From positions 13,020,001 through 13,084,000 of the forward strand of contig CM120642.1 of assembly GCA_051362555.1 (NCBI GenBank): a stretch of 64,000 bases of DNA. The letters are read 5' to 3'. A program made the translations under genes and the position numbers. The notes under the pieces are model-generated. The model saw nothing but the letters and a program-made list of their open reading frames with translations, searched no databases and had not been told where the DNA came from. The stretch comes from Lingula anatina. Taxonomy: Eukaryota; Animalia; Brachiopoda. Each line of letters begins with the position of its first letter. The stretch's first letter is position 1. Shown piece by piece: positions 13,960 to 27,587 of this stretch.

Positions 13960-14650
13960 AGTTTGATACAAGATCACCACTAGAATGTTGTAAATTGACA
14001 TTTTTTAAACATTTTTCAAAGTCAAAAAGAAATACCTTCCATGCTGTCATTCTTTTTCAACATCCCACAATCCCATAATGAAGTTTTTTTCCAAGCGTCT
14101 ATATAACAAAAATCCTGCAAGGTGCATTCTTTTCAACTAGCATATTTTTTTAAATCCATACATACTAAATGGATACTTTGTACATCAATTCCTTTGCTTA
14201 CTTCCATTCCAAGTAAATCTAAAAAAAAGCTTCCCAGCTAATTTTTTAAATAAGATAAGTCACCATATTTTTCCCAATTGGCGTCAGTAATTTCTTTGAC
14301 CACTGTCCTATTATTCTGCCAATTTCTGAGACATGTGTAGGCTACGAGGCCACGGGGTCCCCTTGTCGGTGTCCTCGAAAAGAATTAACGATGTTGAGTG
14401 ACTGTCCATTTAAAACCATTATTCAAAGCTTTTCTGTCTGAATTTTGTTCAAGTTCAGTACTAAGCCTATAAATCTCCATGAGATCGAATCGTATGCTTT
14501 TCGGAAATCGGTGAGCATAAAGTAAACCTTTGTCACCGTTTTCTTCTGAATAGCTAATTCAATCGTAGAGGCATCTTGTGTTTATACATGTACCAATAAA
14601 CTGCCCATGTATGAATCCCTTATATTTATCTTGTATTAAAAAAGCTCCGT
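13960..14650 (-). mobile_element. L1/Tx1-type reverse-transcriptase relic in the SULT spacer (copy 1)
   Basis: Frameshifted translation shows GFIHGQFIG, GLLMLTDFRKAYDSISW and RGHRQGDP (RT motifs). Confidence 0.75.
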
Positions 14651-14804
14651 AGCCACTTTGCCATAGTATATAAAACAAAATGGTAAGAGGCAACCCGGTG
14701 CAACAATCTACTTTGTATGAAAATCCCCTCTGTTTATATGTTATGGGTAAGGTACGCAACGTACTCGTATCTGTGCACTATTCGTTGCACAACCAGTTTT
14801 TTTT

Positions 14805-17800
14805 TCAAATCTCAAAACGGACGCAGATGTCTTTATTTAGTGTCCACTGCCGATAGAGGGCGTCAAAGCGCTCGTTTTGTGCCACTGTAAAGTGATTCTT
14901 CCAGTCTCCAACTTTGCCTAAATACGAAAAAGATAACAGAAGTGTACAGGAATAAATAACTCTTTCTATGCAAAATGGTACGAATATTATTCACAAAAAA
15001 AGGTCGCATATATAATGTAAAAATGGTATGACTGTTATTCTCCAGTTTACAAAGAAGGTCGCATGGTGTCCTTTGATATATACCGGTACAGTAATTATCT
15101 GACATGTAGACCCTATATTACCACTTCACAGACATTACTTATGATCCTTCTCTAAACTTGCCAAACGTGGAAGGGACATGTTTATATGATCTATGATCTA
15201 TGTGCATCGTCCATCTTGTTCCTTGAGGCAAACCCTGTCCCGATGGATATTTTTTCTCCTTCACATATTCTAGATAGGTTCTAATTAATTTTCACCTGAA
15301 CTCACACCTGCAAGTCTAAACTGAGTCAAACTACGCTTCCAAAATGTATTCCGTTTGTTTCTAATGTGTGCATAATGCAAATGAAAATCATTTCTGTGGC
15401 ACCAGGTTAGGATAAATTGGAACCCAAACTGAAGAACAGAATGGATCAGGGACATGATTCAATAAGCCGAAAGAAACACCTCAAGCTCAGTTGTTCTAAG
15501 ACAAAACTAATAAGCCAAATCATTCACCTTTTCTGAAAATCCCGGGAGAGCCATCCTTCCAGGGCTGAGACGTGGGAGTGTTGTACTGGATATTTAAGCC
15601 TTTGACACGTTTGTTCTCACGCATGGATTTAAAGCTGGTGGCTTTGGCTATCCTTTCATACGTTTCTTGGTCTCTGGGAAAACCGATGTGTTCCGCGATA
15701 CGTTTAATTTGGGGAACTGGGTTCTACAAATTGGAAAGAATATGACCCATATATGCGCGTCTCATCTAAAATAAGCTTTTGAAAATATTGTATTTAATCT
15801 AGGTTCTAGAAATGAACTCCCAGTAGAATAAAAAAATACACACACTGTGTATGACTTTGCGAGGTCTTTAACTCTGTTATATTGTGAAAAGAGTACTCAC
15901 CTCTACCAAGTCCTCAAAAAACACGTTAATAATATTATGGTTCGTCGTGGAGAGATGGAACCATGGCAGAACATTACTTGGCCAATCGTTGTAGTCTGGA
16001 AAATCACGTGATTCACAATACTCTTTAACACAGCCTCGTGAAGTTTGTTTGGCTTGATATCATTTGTGATACGTTTGATCAAATGAACCAGACAAAATCA
16101 ATCTGGTGGAGAATAATTTGACACTTAACACTTGACCAAATAAATAGCTAATTGGGTAACAGTTGTAAGATGTTTACCTTTAAAAATCATGCTTTAATGT
16201 AGTTTTTACACGACCAGTCGGTGTAAGGCCTGCAGCTGTTGCATTGTCTGGCGGTCACTTATTCATATTTTTTTAAATAAAGACTCTTTTTAGTCGTACC
16301 TACTGGCTTAAGTCCCATGTTCTGGCGAGCCATGACAAACTCAAAGTACCCACTCCAAGTTCCGCTGTAACTAAAATTCTTTAAACCCTGTGCCATGTGA
16401 TAATAAGACACTAGTGCGTCCTTCGGATTGCGAATAACATGGATGAATTTGTTTTGCTGAAAGTAGAACTTACACGTACATGTTTGTAAAAGTGCAATGC
16501 TACTGGGAGTTAACCATAATTTCGATTTTATGATGTTTGATTTAAGGGAGCCTTTGCGGATTAGAATATACAACAAGCATCGATAACTTGTCGTTTGGAG
16601 TCAGTCCGTTCTTTAAATTGCTAAAATTGGAGGTTATGACTGTATGCTTGTATTATTTATTTTATATTCAGTTGTTATAATTGTGCATGACTGGCATTTG
16701 GGATATTACATGTAGGTAAGTGTTTTTAAAGAGATAAAAAAGGAGATACCGTCAGGGCTTCCTTTGGATAGAGCCAGTTAGGGAAATGGGTGTTCAGGAC
16801 ACGTGGAGACGGGAGGCTCTCAAGAGCTTCATCAGTCATCATCTCTATCATGGATTCTTGCTTTGGTAGGTCGGTCAGTTCGGTCATATCCTTGGTCAAC
16901 ATTGTTGCTATCTCCCACACCATGTGAGTACCTTTGAGTGATATTTCAAAATTAGCATTTAGGTTTTTAAATTAACAGTACCTAACCCTCGTTATGCAAA
17001 CCTCCATGACGAAATTTACAAATTGTAATAATTTTTTCTCCAGCTCCTTATATAATGCCGTATTCAGAACACAACTGACCCACGGACTAAATATATGGCT
17101 GAACCAACTTAAAAGCATTGCCACCTGAACTTTAATGGTCTACCCGCCAGCATAGGGGAGACCGGGGCTAGTTGGACCCCGGGTAAGTTGGCCCCCAATC
17201 AATTTATGAAAACTAACTAAGGGTGTTGGTCCCCTTGACTCGGGGCAAGTCGGACCCTCATATTGACCACAATCCTTTGCGCGCAACAGAGCTACAGCCC
17301 GTTGTTAAAACAAATTCAATGGTTTGTTAAATAAATTACCAGTTTAAAACTGAATTTGTTAGTTTCTTTTAAAACAGAAATTTATTATTCGTTTTCATTC
17401 ATTAAAAACCTGCTTTATACCATTATTAATTCATTCTCAATTGAAACAAAACAAATTTTATTAAAAGGTGTTTTGGTTCTTGCAACACATGCGTACGGAA
17501 ACCTTAATAAATCTGCCCCATTGAACTATTTATTCATCAAAGACTCTCAAAAATCAATTTAGTGAATTAAAATGTATAAAAAAAAGTATTTCAAGGCATT
17601 AACATGGGGTACTTACTTCATTTTCGTATAGGGTGCCAACTTGCCCCGACCCTGGGGCCAACTTGCCGTATTTTTTTTAAATTGTGTATCATTTGGCATT
17701 ATATTTGAAAAATAATGACGTTGCACACGTAGGTTAGTTCATGGGGCTTACTTTGAAACCGGTTTTGTTACTTTAACTCATTCCTAGTTGGCTCTACAAG

Positions 17801-18227
17801 GCCAAAAGTGTTTAACTGGGCCAACTGGCCTCGGTCTCCCCTATAAAACTGGCGCAATGCACAAATTATGACTATTGGGGCAGATGTGACGCAGTGCGCG
17901 TCAGCTTGAATTATTTAAGCGTTTAAGCATTTGAATCAAATTTGTGCTGTACCCATTAAAAAGTTTAGTTTTACAACTTCATCCTTAGTAAGTATGGAGC
18001 AGATTAAAACAAAGTAAATACTTACCAGACTTCACAAAAGCCGTAAGAAATATATCGTCTTTGCGGAGCGGGAATTTGCAGAAATTACGCGAAATCTCCC
18101 CTAGGCGGTCAAATGGCAATATCCCGGTAACACTCTCTGTGTCCTTGAGGGTAATAATGTCTCCCTTTCCATCAGGGCATCTCACCACCTTCCCCTCTTT
18201 GTACACGTCTGCAGTATCGGCGTCCAT
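14805..18227 (-). CDS. Cytosolic sulfotransferase copy 1 (314 aa); exons 18227-18026, 16931-16750, 16456-16300, 15995-15901, 15723-15528, 14917-14805
   Basis: 5'-PSB loop TAFVKSGTH, catalytic VLNTHFP, 3'-[14 protein letters not shown] and C-terminal [12 protein letters not shown]. Exon lengths 202/182/157/95/196/113 are identical in all five copies. Confidence 0.92.
17155..17841. mobile_element. MITE with GGGGAGACCGGGGCTAGTTGG TIRs and TA TSD (Tc1/mariner-type signature)
   Basis: The TIR pairs with CCAACTGGCCTCGGTCTCCCC and is flanked by TA on both sides. The paralogous intron at ~26820 shows the empty site CCAGCGTATAAACC. Confidence 0.85.
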
Positions 18228-19281
18228 GTTGACAGACAGACTGAACTCGCACTAGTACAGTTAACAGACTGAACCACAGCCGTTCTGCGTTGGTCGTTGG
18301 TGTACTTCTCATATAAAGAGATGACGTACCTCCACATTGACATAAATCATTGCACAACTAGCACATTCGTACTCGGTGATTGACGATAAAACATGTAATA
18401 GTCCCCTACCTGATATGCATAAAAGCGTTTAGAAAAGCTCTTTCCTTCAATATGTGATGTGGCCAAACAATTTTCACGGTGCATTAAGATAAACAGTAAA
18501 AGAATATCCACAATAAATTCGGCAACCGAGAGGTGCGGCAACATATAGATAATTGCGGTAGTATTTATGCCGAAACATCAAAATAAATAGCCCCGCCGTT
18601 CGAGCCTTTTAATCAGATTCAGATCAGATTAACCAATCAAAGCAACGGAAAGGGGGTCACGTCACCTTCCCACCAGGCCATGCCATGTAAACAAAGCAGC
18701 ATGGTCGGCTGTAATGAAGAGTCTGAGGAGGGAGACGCGAAATCTTCGCCAAATTCTCATCTTTCGTGTTGCATGCACATAGAAGAAGGTAGCTAATTAA
18801 GAGACTCTAGATACCATCACACGTGTTCGCTGGGAAAATTTTAGAGTCGCAGCGAAACAATGGCGGAAATTTGGCAGCAGAGAAGCCGCTGCTGTTCAGT
18901 GGATCCGTAAAGTACGGATTTAGATAAAGGATTCGACGATTTGGAAGCCAAACCACGATGTCACTTTTCTTGCTACAGAAAGCTAACTAACAAGAAGGGG
19001 CTATCTCAGGCGGCAAAGAAGTATGAGAAAGCTGAGAAACAAGGCAGTCCTGCTGAAGAAGGTATGTCAACATATTGTAATTTGTTTTTAAATCAGCCCT
19101 GATCGTGTGATGTTTACATTGTACGTGGCTGATGTTACATAACAATATGTGACTGATAAAAGTGATATGAAAGAAAGAAAAAAAAAGACAATGATAAAAA
19201 AGTTTATTAGTGTTATTATTATTTTATTTGTAAATACTTAGAGGTTTTAAGATATGAAACAACTCATTCTCTGTTGAATAA

Positions 19282-19495
19282 GACCCCATTTCCAGAGATT
19301 AGATATATCTACTTTAGGGGTTCACGCTAAACAGCTGTCAGTGGGGCGGACACGAAAGTCAAATACCCCCCTACAGCTTGTAGTAGGCGGGACGGACATT
19401 TAAGGCGGATAATCTAGTGAGAAATCTAGTAATCCAGTAATCTAGTGAGACTCCCTGCGGGGACAGATCAATCTAAAAGCTCTGGGAATACAGCC
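19282..19495. mobile_element. PIF/Harbinger-like MITE nested in the Academ element
   Basis: TAA|GACCCCATTTCCAGAG...CTCTGGGAATACAGCC|TAA. Confidence 0.75.
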
Positions 19496-20812
19496 TAAGC
19501 TAGCTGTATGTTCTTGCCATGATTAACATCTCATTATTAGTTCATCCATATTAGCATTGCATTTACACAAAATAATGTAAGGCTTCACACAACAAGATAT
19601 ACAAACAAATGTTATGGTGGGACTTTATGAGACAGAGGCTTAAGTATCATGGTAGAATCTTTTATGTTATTTGTGGAGTGTTCCTCCCCCCCAGTTACAT
19701 TGTTGCACATGTGCAACCATTAGTGAATATAAATATGTATAGGCTAAGCCCAACTTCAATGAGAATGTATTTGAGGGAATATTTACTGTATATTGTGAGC
19801 CAGAAAAAGTAGGATAGCTTTTCACAGAACAAGCTGCAATGTGATTAATTTAATTAGGACTGTTAGGAATAATCCTTGTAACTTTCCCTTATGAATAAAA
19901 TCAGTAAAGGTATACATAAATAGTATCAATAAAGAAATACGTTGACAAACAGTATCAATTAAGGAATAATTATAATGAGTAGGGTGACTGGTAGATGTAG
20001 TTCAGTTTAAAGAGAAGAGTCACTTTTATTCAAGGCATCTGATATTAATCTGGGCAGCAGAATGCTAGTGGGCTCCCTATTAATTATTAGATCTTTAAAC
20101 TTGATTTATTTGTCTTAGTTGCAACAAATATTAAACAGTGGGTCTCATTTGCCTATAGTTTGTTACAGCTTAGTTCCTCATAAAAGGAACATGTTGAGCC
20201 ACTAATACATTGAATCCTATACCTACCCTATGCCCTTTGAATCATGAGGATATATGTAATTATAGTTGTTAATATCACTTGGTGTCAATCATGTGATAAA
20301 CTCACATGCGACTGTCTTATCTTATTTCATTATTATTTATTTATTTTATAGTTAAATCATAGTGATTGTATATACAATTGCACTTGCAACAATCAAGGAT
20401 TTGCGGTCTGCTCTGTATTTGCTAAATCATTTGTGTATCCAGGTATCCAGATGTTTTTATTTGAAATATGTATTCTATGTTGTCTTTTTATTTATACAGG
20501 GCAACTGTTTTTATAACTGAATTTTGAGCACATTACTATTTTTACATATCTTTGTTACACCCACTTGGATATTTATCCAATGTTAAAGTTGTTTTTGTAG
20601 TAGTCAGTATCTGCACATTATAATGCACTAATATATATGGTATGAAAAGTAAAATGTTATTTTGCTTCTTTTACAGAACCATTAACCAGTTGTACTCTTC
20701 CCAAAATACAAAGTCCATCTCCCAAGAAATTGAGATCAGTCTCAGGGTTTGGTATATCAAAGTCACCAGTGCTGCCAGCTATCTGCATTATTTGTAAAAA
20801 AAAAAAAAAAAA

Positions 20813-21330
20813 GTTGTGGTCACTTAGTCTAATTTTTGCAAGTGTTTTGATATTTAATGGGGAGACACTCATTTTGATGTAATTTTCACATTCATAATAT
20901 TTTTTTATTGTTTTGTATGCCCTTAATTTGTTTGAGATTGAGCTATTTAATTCCTGCCAGAAGTGTTTTTCGATTTTTATGTTCAATATTTCTAAAAGGT
21001 TTTCTATTTGATATAATTTCTTTGGTGGGTTGTTATCTTCGGATAGATTCTGTCCATGTGTTTCCTTTTGTATCTTGCTCAAGACTGTGCACCTGATTTA
21101 CAGTTCTATTATGTACTAGTAGTTGTTCCAGTCTAAGACTAATCTTTAGACAGGTTTAGTTATAGTTGAAATAATGGGGTAACTGCCAAGCTTAGCTCTA
21201 AAAATGGTATTGCTAGCCTGCTTTCTTAGACCTAAAATCCATTTGCAAAACTTTAAGTGTACCTGTTCGAATGGCATTTTATTAATCTTTTTCAGATATG
21301 CACAAGAAATGTAGAAAGTTATAATTTCAC
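20813..21330 (-). mobile_element. Non-LTR retrotransposon ORF2 3'-region relic inside the Academ element
   Basis: Translations EQVHLKFCKWILGLRKQASN...AKLGSYP and SNKLRAYKTIK...LAKIRLSDHN are typical post-RT segments of invertebrate LINEs. Confidence 0.7.
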
Positions 21331-22989
21331 AGTTGAAATAATTAAGTTGGAAAAATATATTATATATATCATAAAAGCCTTGTTAAATGTGAGCTGTTAT
21401 TTCTTTTAATATGCTGTTATTACTAGACAATGCTGCAATTAATTGCAACAATTAAACTTCTTTAAAAATTGTACCTCTGCAATTTAAAGATAAACTTGAA
21501 CATAAAAAACTCAATTATTCTACCTAGTGAAGCACTTATATATTTTTGAAATAATTTTTTGAGCACTTGCCAGCTTCATAAACAGACAGTCCGCATGATA
21601 CCTAGTTTGTAACTCTACACATGCATTTATACTATTTATCAGTGTAAAATATTGAGTCAAATAATTTTAAGTGATTATATGCGCTTTAACACACCTGAGA
21701 ATTTAAAATGCATTCAATGTAACATTACTGAACATACATGCAAGTGATTATATGATCACTATATTGGGTAATAGTGTGACCTGTGTGCGATTGTAGAAGT
21801 GGTACAGTGCACAGTCTACGGGCTATACTACATACCTTTTTGCCGTGAATTCACGTCATCATTTAGCCAATTATATAAATACACCTAAAATACACGTATT
21901 TTCCAACTATTTAAATCTTTCTCTCGATATTGACATCGATTTTAAAAACCTAGGACGTATTTTTTTTATTGAAACAACGCATGGGAATCATCTATTAAAT
22001 GTGCAAGCTTCGCATGGAAATTCATTGTTTACATCGATCAGATGTAGGTCAAGTGATCACGTGACCCCTTTCCGTTGCTTTGATTGGTTTAAAGGGTAGA
22101 ACGGCAGCACTTGGAACTACTCGGATGTCTCCGCACTCGACAGTCGAGGATTGCCGATTGGAACGGCAGGGCTATTCATTTTGATGTTTTGGCATAAATA
22201 CTATCGCAATTATCTATATGTTGGCGCATCCTACGGTTGCCGAATTTATTGTGGATATTTTTTAACTGTTTATCTTCATGGCACCGTGAAAATTGTCTGG
22301 CCACTGGAGCTAGCTTTTCACACAATGAAACGATAGACCAGTGTAGGTAAGGGACTATAAGGTTATTTTTAAAGTTCTTACAATGTAAATGCTTCCTTGA
22401 TTAGCTACATAATCAAAATAACTGTGTAATTCTTTCTTTTTTTTTTTTTTTTTTTTTTTTGCATTATACAATTCATTCCTCCACATCTCTTCGTGTAAAG
22501 GCAAGTGCAGTGGAATCGACTCCATCTTGCTCCAACTGACGGCACCAGGTCAGGTGGACTATTTATTTACTCAAACGTCCTTTTATTAGGTATCGGTATG
22601 TTTAGATGGTAGATTTGCGATTTGAATTTGTGTATGTAGAAGTGGTCGACTGAGTCCGGAGTCACATTCCGGAGGAGTGCTTCTGAACTGAAGGACCATA
22701 GCTAGGGCAAGAGTTGCCTCCACAGCCATAGATCTACGTTTACTACTGTGTAACAAAATCATCACTTTTGGATATGATTAATATACTTGTAGAATGGTCG
22801 TAGAGTATTGCATGTAAAATGTTTTAAGTTCAAGAGCTCTAAGTAACTATTATGGCTTGTCTCAGAGGAAAATACTTTTCAAGTCTTTACAAACTATACA
22901 ACATCTAATTTTACACACACAACCATCCTACTCAACATAAATACAAAACTACCGGTGCATTTAGTTCTAAAGACCTTTTTTTAAGTTTT

Positions 22990-23590
22990 AGTTTTATACA
23001 TCATAACCACTAGAATGTTGTAAATTTACATTTTTTTTATTTTTCTCGAAATCAAAAAGAAACAGCGTCTATGCTGTCTTCTTTATTCCAAGCATCTATT
23101 TAACAAAAATCCAGCAAAGTGCATCTTCTTCAACTCAACAAAACATATTTTTCTAAAAATTCACACATTCTAAATCGGTACTTTGTACATCAATTCCTTT
23201 GCTTACTTCCATTCCAAATAAATCTAAAAAACTTCCCAGCTAATTTTTCAATAATAACATAAATCACTATATTATTAATTGGTGTCAGTAATGTCTTTGA
23301 TCACGATCCTATTATTCTGCCAATTTCTTAAACACGGAGTCCCCTTGTCGGTGTCCTTGAAAAGTTCTAAGAATTAACATTGTTGAGTGACTGTCCATTT
23401 AAAACCATTACACAAAGCTGAATTTTGCTCAAGTTTAGTACTAAGCCTATAAATCTCCATGAGATTGAATCGTATGCTTTTCGGAAATCGGTGAGCATTA
23501 AATAACCCTTGTCACAAGCATCTTGTGTTTTACGATAAACTGCACACATATGAATCTTTTCTGGTTATCTTGTATCAAAAAAGCTCCGTG
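22990..23590 (-). mobile_element. L1/Tx1 RT relic in the SULT spacer (copy 2)
   Basis: ORF-track peptide KGYLMLTDFRKAYDSISWRFI; homologous to 13960-14650. Confidence 0.72.
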
Positions 23591-25179
23591 GTCCCCTTGC
23601 CATAGTACATAAAGAAAAACGGTAAGAGGCAACCGGGTGCAACAATCTACTTTCTGTGAAAATCTATTTATTGCACAACTACTGTTTTTTCCTTTAAATC
23701 TCAAAACGGACACAGATGTCTGTATTTAATGTCCACTGCCGATAGAGGGCGTCAAAGCGCTCGTTTTGTGCCACTGTAAAGTGATTCTTCCAGTCTCCAA
23801 CCTTGCCTAAATATGAAAAAGATAACAGAAGTGTGCAAGAACAAATAAATAACTAGACTTTTTTGTATGCAAAATGGTATGACTGTTATTCTCCAATTTA
23901 CAAAGAAGGTCGCATTGTGTCCTTCGATATATACCGGTACAGTAATTGTCTGACAAATGAACCCTATATTACCCCTTCACAGACAAAACTTCTACCTCTA
24001 CACTTGTCAAACGTGGAAGGGACATGCTAACATGATCTATGTAGTGGTGACGTTGTGAAGCGCGCACGTTTGTGCATCGTCCATGTTGTTCCTTGAGGCA
24101 AACTTGGTCCCGATGGATTTTCTTTTCCTTCATATATTCTAGATGGGTTCCAATTACTTTCCACCTGATCCCACACCTGTTCATGCAAGTCTAAACAGAG
24201 TCATACTATGCTTCCAAAATGTATTCTGTTTGTTTCTAATGTGTGCATAATGCATTAGGGTAATGAAAATCATTTCTGTGGCACCAGGTTAGGAGCAACT
24301 GGAACCCAAACTGAAGAACAAAATGTATTAGGGCCATAATTCAATAAGCCAAAACAAACACCTCAAGCTCAGTATTGCCAAGACGAATCTAATTTGCCAA
24401 ACCATTCACCTTTTCTGTAAATCCCGGGAGAGCCATCCTTCCAGGGCTGAGACGTGGGAGTGTTATACTGGAGGTTTAAGCCTTTGACGCGTTTGTTCTC
24501 ACGCATGGATTTAAAGCTGGTGGCTTTGGCTATCCTTTCATACGTTTCTTGGTTCTTGGGAAAACCGATGTGTTCCGCGATACGTTTAATTTGGAGAACT
24601 GGGTTCTACAAATTGAAAAGAATATGACCCATAGAATTCAATGATATTTGCACGTCTCAGCTAAAATAACCTTGTGAAAATTACGTATTTAATCTACGTT
24701 CTAGATATGACGCCCCTGCATAATAAAAAAATGCACACACTGTTTCCAGTATATGACTTTGCGAGGGCTTTAACTCCATTACATTGTAAAAAGAGTACTC
24801 ACCTCCACCAAGTCCTCAAAAAACACATTAATGATGTTATGGTTCGTCTTGGAGAGATTGTACCATGGCAGAACATTACTTGGCCAATCGTTGTAGTCTG
24901 AAATATCACATGATTCACAACTCTACACAGTCTCGTGAAGTTTGTTTGGCTTAATATCATGTGTGATACGTTTGATCAAATAAATCCGACAAAATCAATC
25001 TGCTGGAGAATAATTTGACACTTTAACACGTGACCAAATAAATAGCTGATTAGGTAACAGTTATAAAATGTTCACCTTAAAAATCATACTTTAATTCAGT
25101 CTTCACACGACCAGTCGGTGTAAGGCCTGCAGCTGTAGCTTTGTGTGGTGGTCACTTATTCATAAACTCTTTATATTAA

Positions 25180-25389
25180 GACCCCATTCCCAGAGATTAG
25201 ATCGATCCAACTAGATCGACCTTACTCCCTGGGGGTTCACGCTAAATAGCTGTCAGCCGAGCGGGTACGAAAGTTAATTACCCCCTTACAGCTTGTAGTA
25301 GGTGGGACATTTTCGCGGGATTATCTGACAGTAATCTAGTGAGACTCCCCACGGGGATAGATCGATCTAAAATCAATGGGAATGCGCCC
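25180..25389. mobile_element. PIF/Harbinger-like MITE
   Basis: TAA|GACCCCATTCCCAGAG...TGGGAATGCGCCC|TAA. It is absent at the paralogous position in copy 1 (~16280). Confidence 0.82.
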
Positions 25390-26092
25390 TAAGACTCTTG
25401 TAAGTCGTACCTACTGGCTTAAATCGTATGTTCTGGCGAGCCATGACAAACTCAAAGTATCCACTCCAAGTTCCGCTGTAATTAAAATGCTTTAAGCCCT
25501 GTGCCATGTGATAATAGGACACTAGGGCGTCCTTTGGATTGCGAATAACATGGATGAATTTGTTTTGCTGAAAGTAGAACTTACACGTAATAGTGCAATG
25601 CTACTGGAAGTTAACCAAAATTTTATTTTTATGTTGCTTGATTTAAGGGACCTTTTCGGGCTAGAATCTACAACAAACATCGATAACTCGTCGTTTGGGG
25701 TCAGTCCGTTCTTGAAATTTCTAAAATTGGAGGTTATGGCTGTATGCATGTATTATTTATATTCAGTTAGTAAAAAATCATATAGTGCGTGACTGGCGTT
25801 TGGGATATTAGTAAAGTGTTTTGAGAGAGAGAGAGAGAGAGAGAGATACCGTCAGGGCTTCCTTTGGATAGAGCCAGTCAGGGAAATGGTTATTCAGGAC
25901 ACGTGGAGACGGGAGGCTCTCAAGAGCTTCATCAGTCATCATCTCTATCATGGATTCTTGCTTTGGTAAGTCGGTCAGTTTGGTCATATCCTTGGTCAAC
26001 ATTGTTGCTATCTCCCACACCAAGTGAGTACCTTGAGTGATTTGTGAGAAACTTTTTACAGTGCTTACTATTTTACAATGGGATTCCATGTG

Positions 26093-26131
<39 letters not shown>

Positions 26132-26487
26132 AAAAAAATAATAATTCACACGAGAGCCCCGGGCGTTTATAGACCACCAAAACCACAATATTAATTGACG
26201 ATTTAGTAATATAGCTGATTTGCCACCCAAAACATTAATGGTCTTATCTTTTAGCGTTGTTAATTTGCAGACATGTTTATTTTCTTTTCATACATGGTTA
26301 TTTTTATCTAATAGGTCTGTTACCATAGTTTAATCATTGTTGCACAGTGACGCATTGCCTCCTTAACATTTAAAAGTAGACATTAGAAAAGACGATAATT
26401 CTTATGGATGGCCTTCCTGTCCTTTTTTAAACTCATGAAATTTAGGAAAATAAATTTGTTTATAGGCGATAACGTACACACCCTACG

Positions 26488-26718
26488 GTATACCCCTTCC
26501 CATATCTAGATCGATCTAGCAGGATTTTAGGGGAATATCGCTAAATTGCAGATTAAGCAGCTTAGATGTCTGTCACGCCTACTGAAGCTGCTAAACGATA
26601 GTAAATCACCCCTAACAGCTTCAGTAGGCGTGCTGGACACCAGACCCGCTTAAGCTCAATGTAATTTAGCGAGATTCCCCTCGGAGATGGTTCGATCCTG
26701 CTAGATTGAAATGGGGTC
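26488..26718. mobile_element. Harbinger-like MITE family member, reverse orientation
   Basis: Ends ...AAATGGGGTC|TTA (reverse complement of TAAGACCCCATTT) and has internal CTAGATCGATCTAG and CTGTCACGCCTAC blocks. Confidence 0.6.
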
Positions 26719-27479
26719 TTACACACAAAATCCGTCTTCCCCTTCCTGATCCGCGGACTAAATATGGCTGACTCCACTTAAAAGTAAAGCCGCCTAAACC
26801 TTAAATGGTCTGACCGCCAGCGTATAAACCTGGCGCAATGCACAAATTGTGACAACTGGGACAGATGTGACGCAGTGCGTGTAAGCATGAATCACTTCAG
26901 CGTTTAAGTATCTGATTCAAATTTGTGCTGTACCCAGTACATTCAGCTTTTACAATTTTACATCTTGATCTCCAGTAAGTATGGAGCAGATTAAAACAAA
27001 GTAAATACTTACCCGACCTCACGAAAGCCGTAAGAAATATATCGTCTTTGCGGAGAGGGAACTTGCAGAAATTACGCGATATCTCCCCAATGCGGTCATA
27101 TGGCACTATCCCGTTGATACTCTCTGTGTCCTTGAGGGTAATAATATCTCCATTTCCATCAGGGCATCTCACCACCTTCCCCTCTCTGTAAACGTCTGCA
27201 GTATCGGAGGCCACGTTGACAGACTGAACTCGCACTAACAGACTGATCCACAACTGTTATGCCTCGTTCGTTGGATAATATATATCCAAGTTGGTTGACT
27301 TGCGTATAAAGTTTTGACGTAACTCCACATAAATCATGGCACAACTAACACATTCGCATCGGTGATTGGAGAGTGTCGATAAAACATGTAAGTCAGTTTA
27401 TTTCTTATAAGTTTTATTTCAGTTAAGCTCTTATAACGTAAATGATCCCTGGATTAGCTATGTAATCAAAGCAACAGTG

Positions 27480-27508
27480 ATTTTTTTTATTTTATTTTAT
27501 TTTATTTT

Positions 27509-27587
<79 letters not shown>
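27480..27587. repeat. Compound (TTTTA)n/(TTTA)n/(TTA)n microsatellite
   Basis: Seen directly. The same position is a plain poly-T run in the paralogous spacers (~22437, ~33566). Confidence 0.9.

Larger units (their letters stand above)
18399..22357 (+). mobile_element. Academ-type DNA transposon, internally deleted (3959 bp)
   Basis: TAGTCCCCTACC...GGTAAGGGACTA termini with a 3-bp TAA TSD; the empty site ACATGTAAGTTTATT is at ~33480. Imperfect TIRs of ~270-300 bp. Decayed transposase exons at 18701-19061 (CCMH...RCHFSCYRKLTNK) and 20677-~20800 (SPKKLRS...VLPAICIICKK) join in phase. Confidence 0.75.
23694..27214 (-). pseudogene. Cytosolic sulfotransferase copy 2 with ATG changed to GTG, otherwise intact; exons 27214-27013, 26031-25850, 25567-25411, 24897-24803, 24605-24410, 23806-23694
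   Basis: GTCAACGTGGCCTCC replaces the paralogous GTCAACATGGACGCC. An in-frame TAA lies shortly upstream. All six exons are open and keep their splice sites. Confidence 0.7.

Noticed and set aside
18061-18255. Recurrent + strand ORFs (also 31590, 37610, 42790) conserved across copies
   Set aside because: Antisense shadows of SULT exon 1.
18300-18360. TATA/CRE/C-EBP-like motifs upstream of SULT copy 1
   Set aside because: Short motifs with atypical spacing, and the TATA-like word is altered in paralogs, so it was not called as a promoter.
20657-21082. 141-aa minus-strand ORF as a gene
   Set aside because: A chimera of a LINE fragment, a poly-T run and the antisense of the Academ exon.
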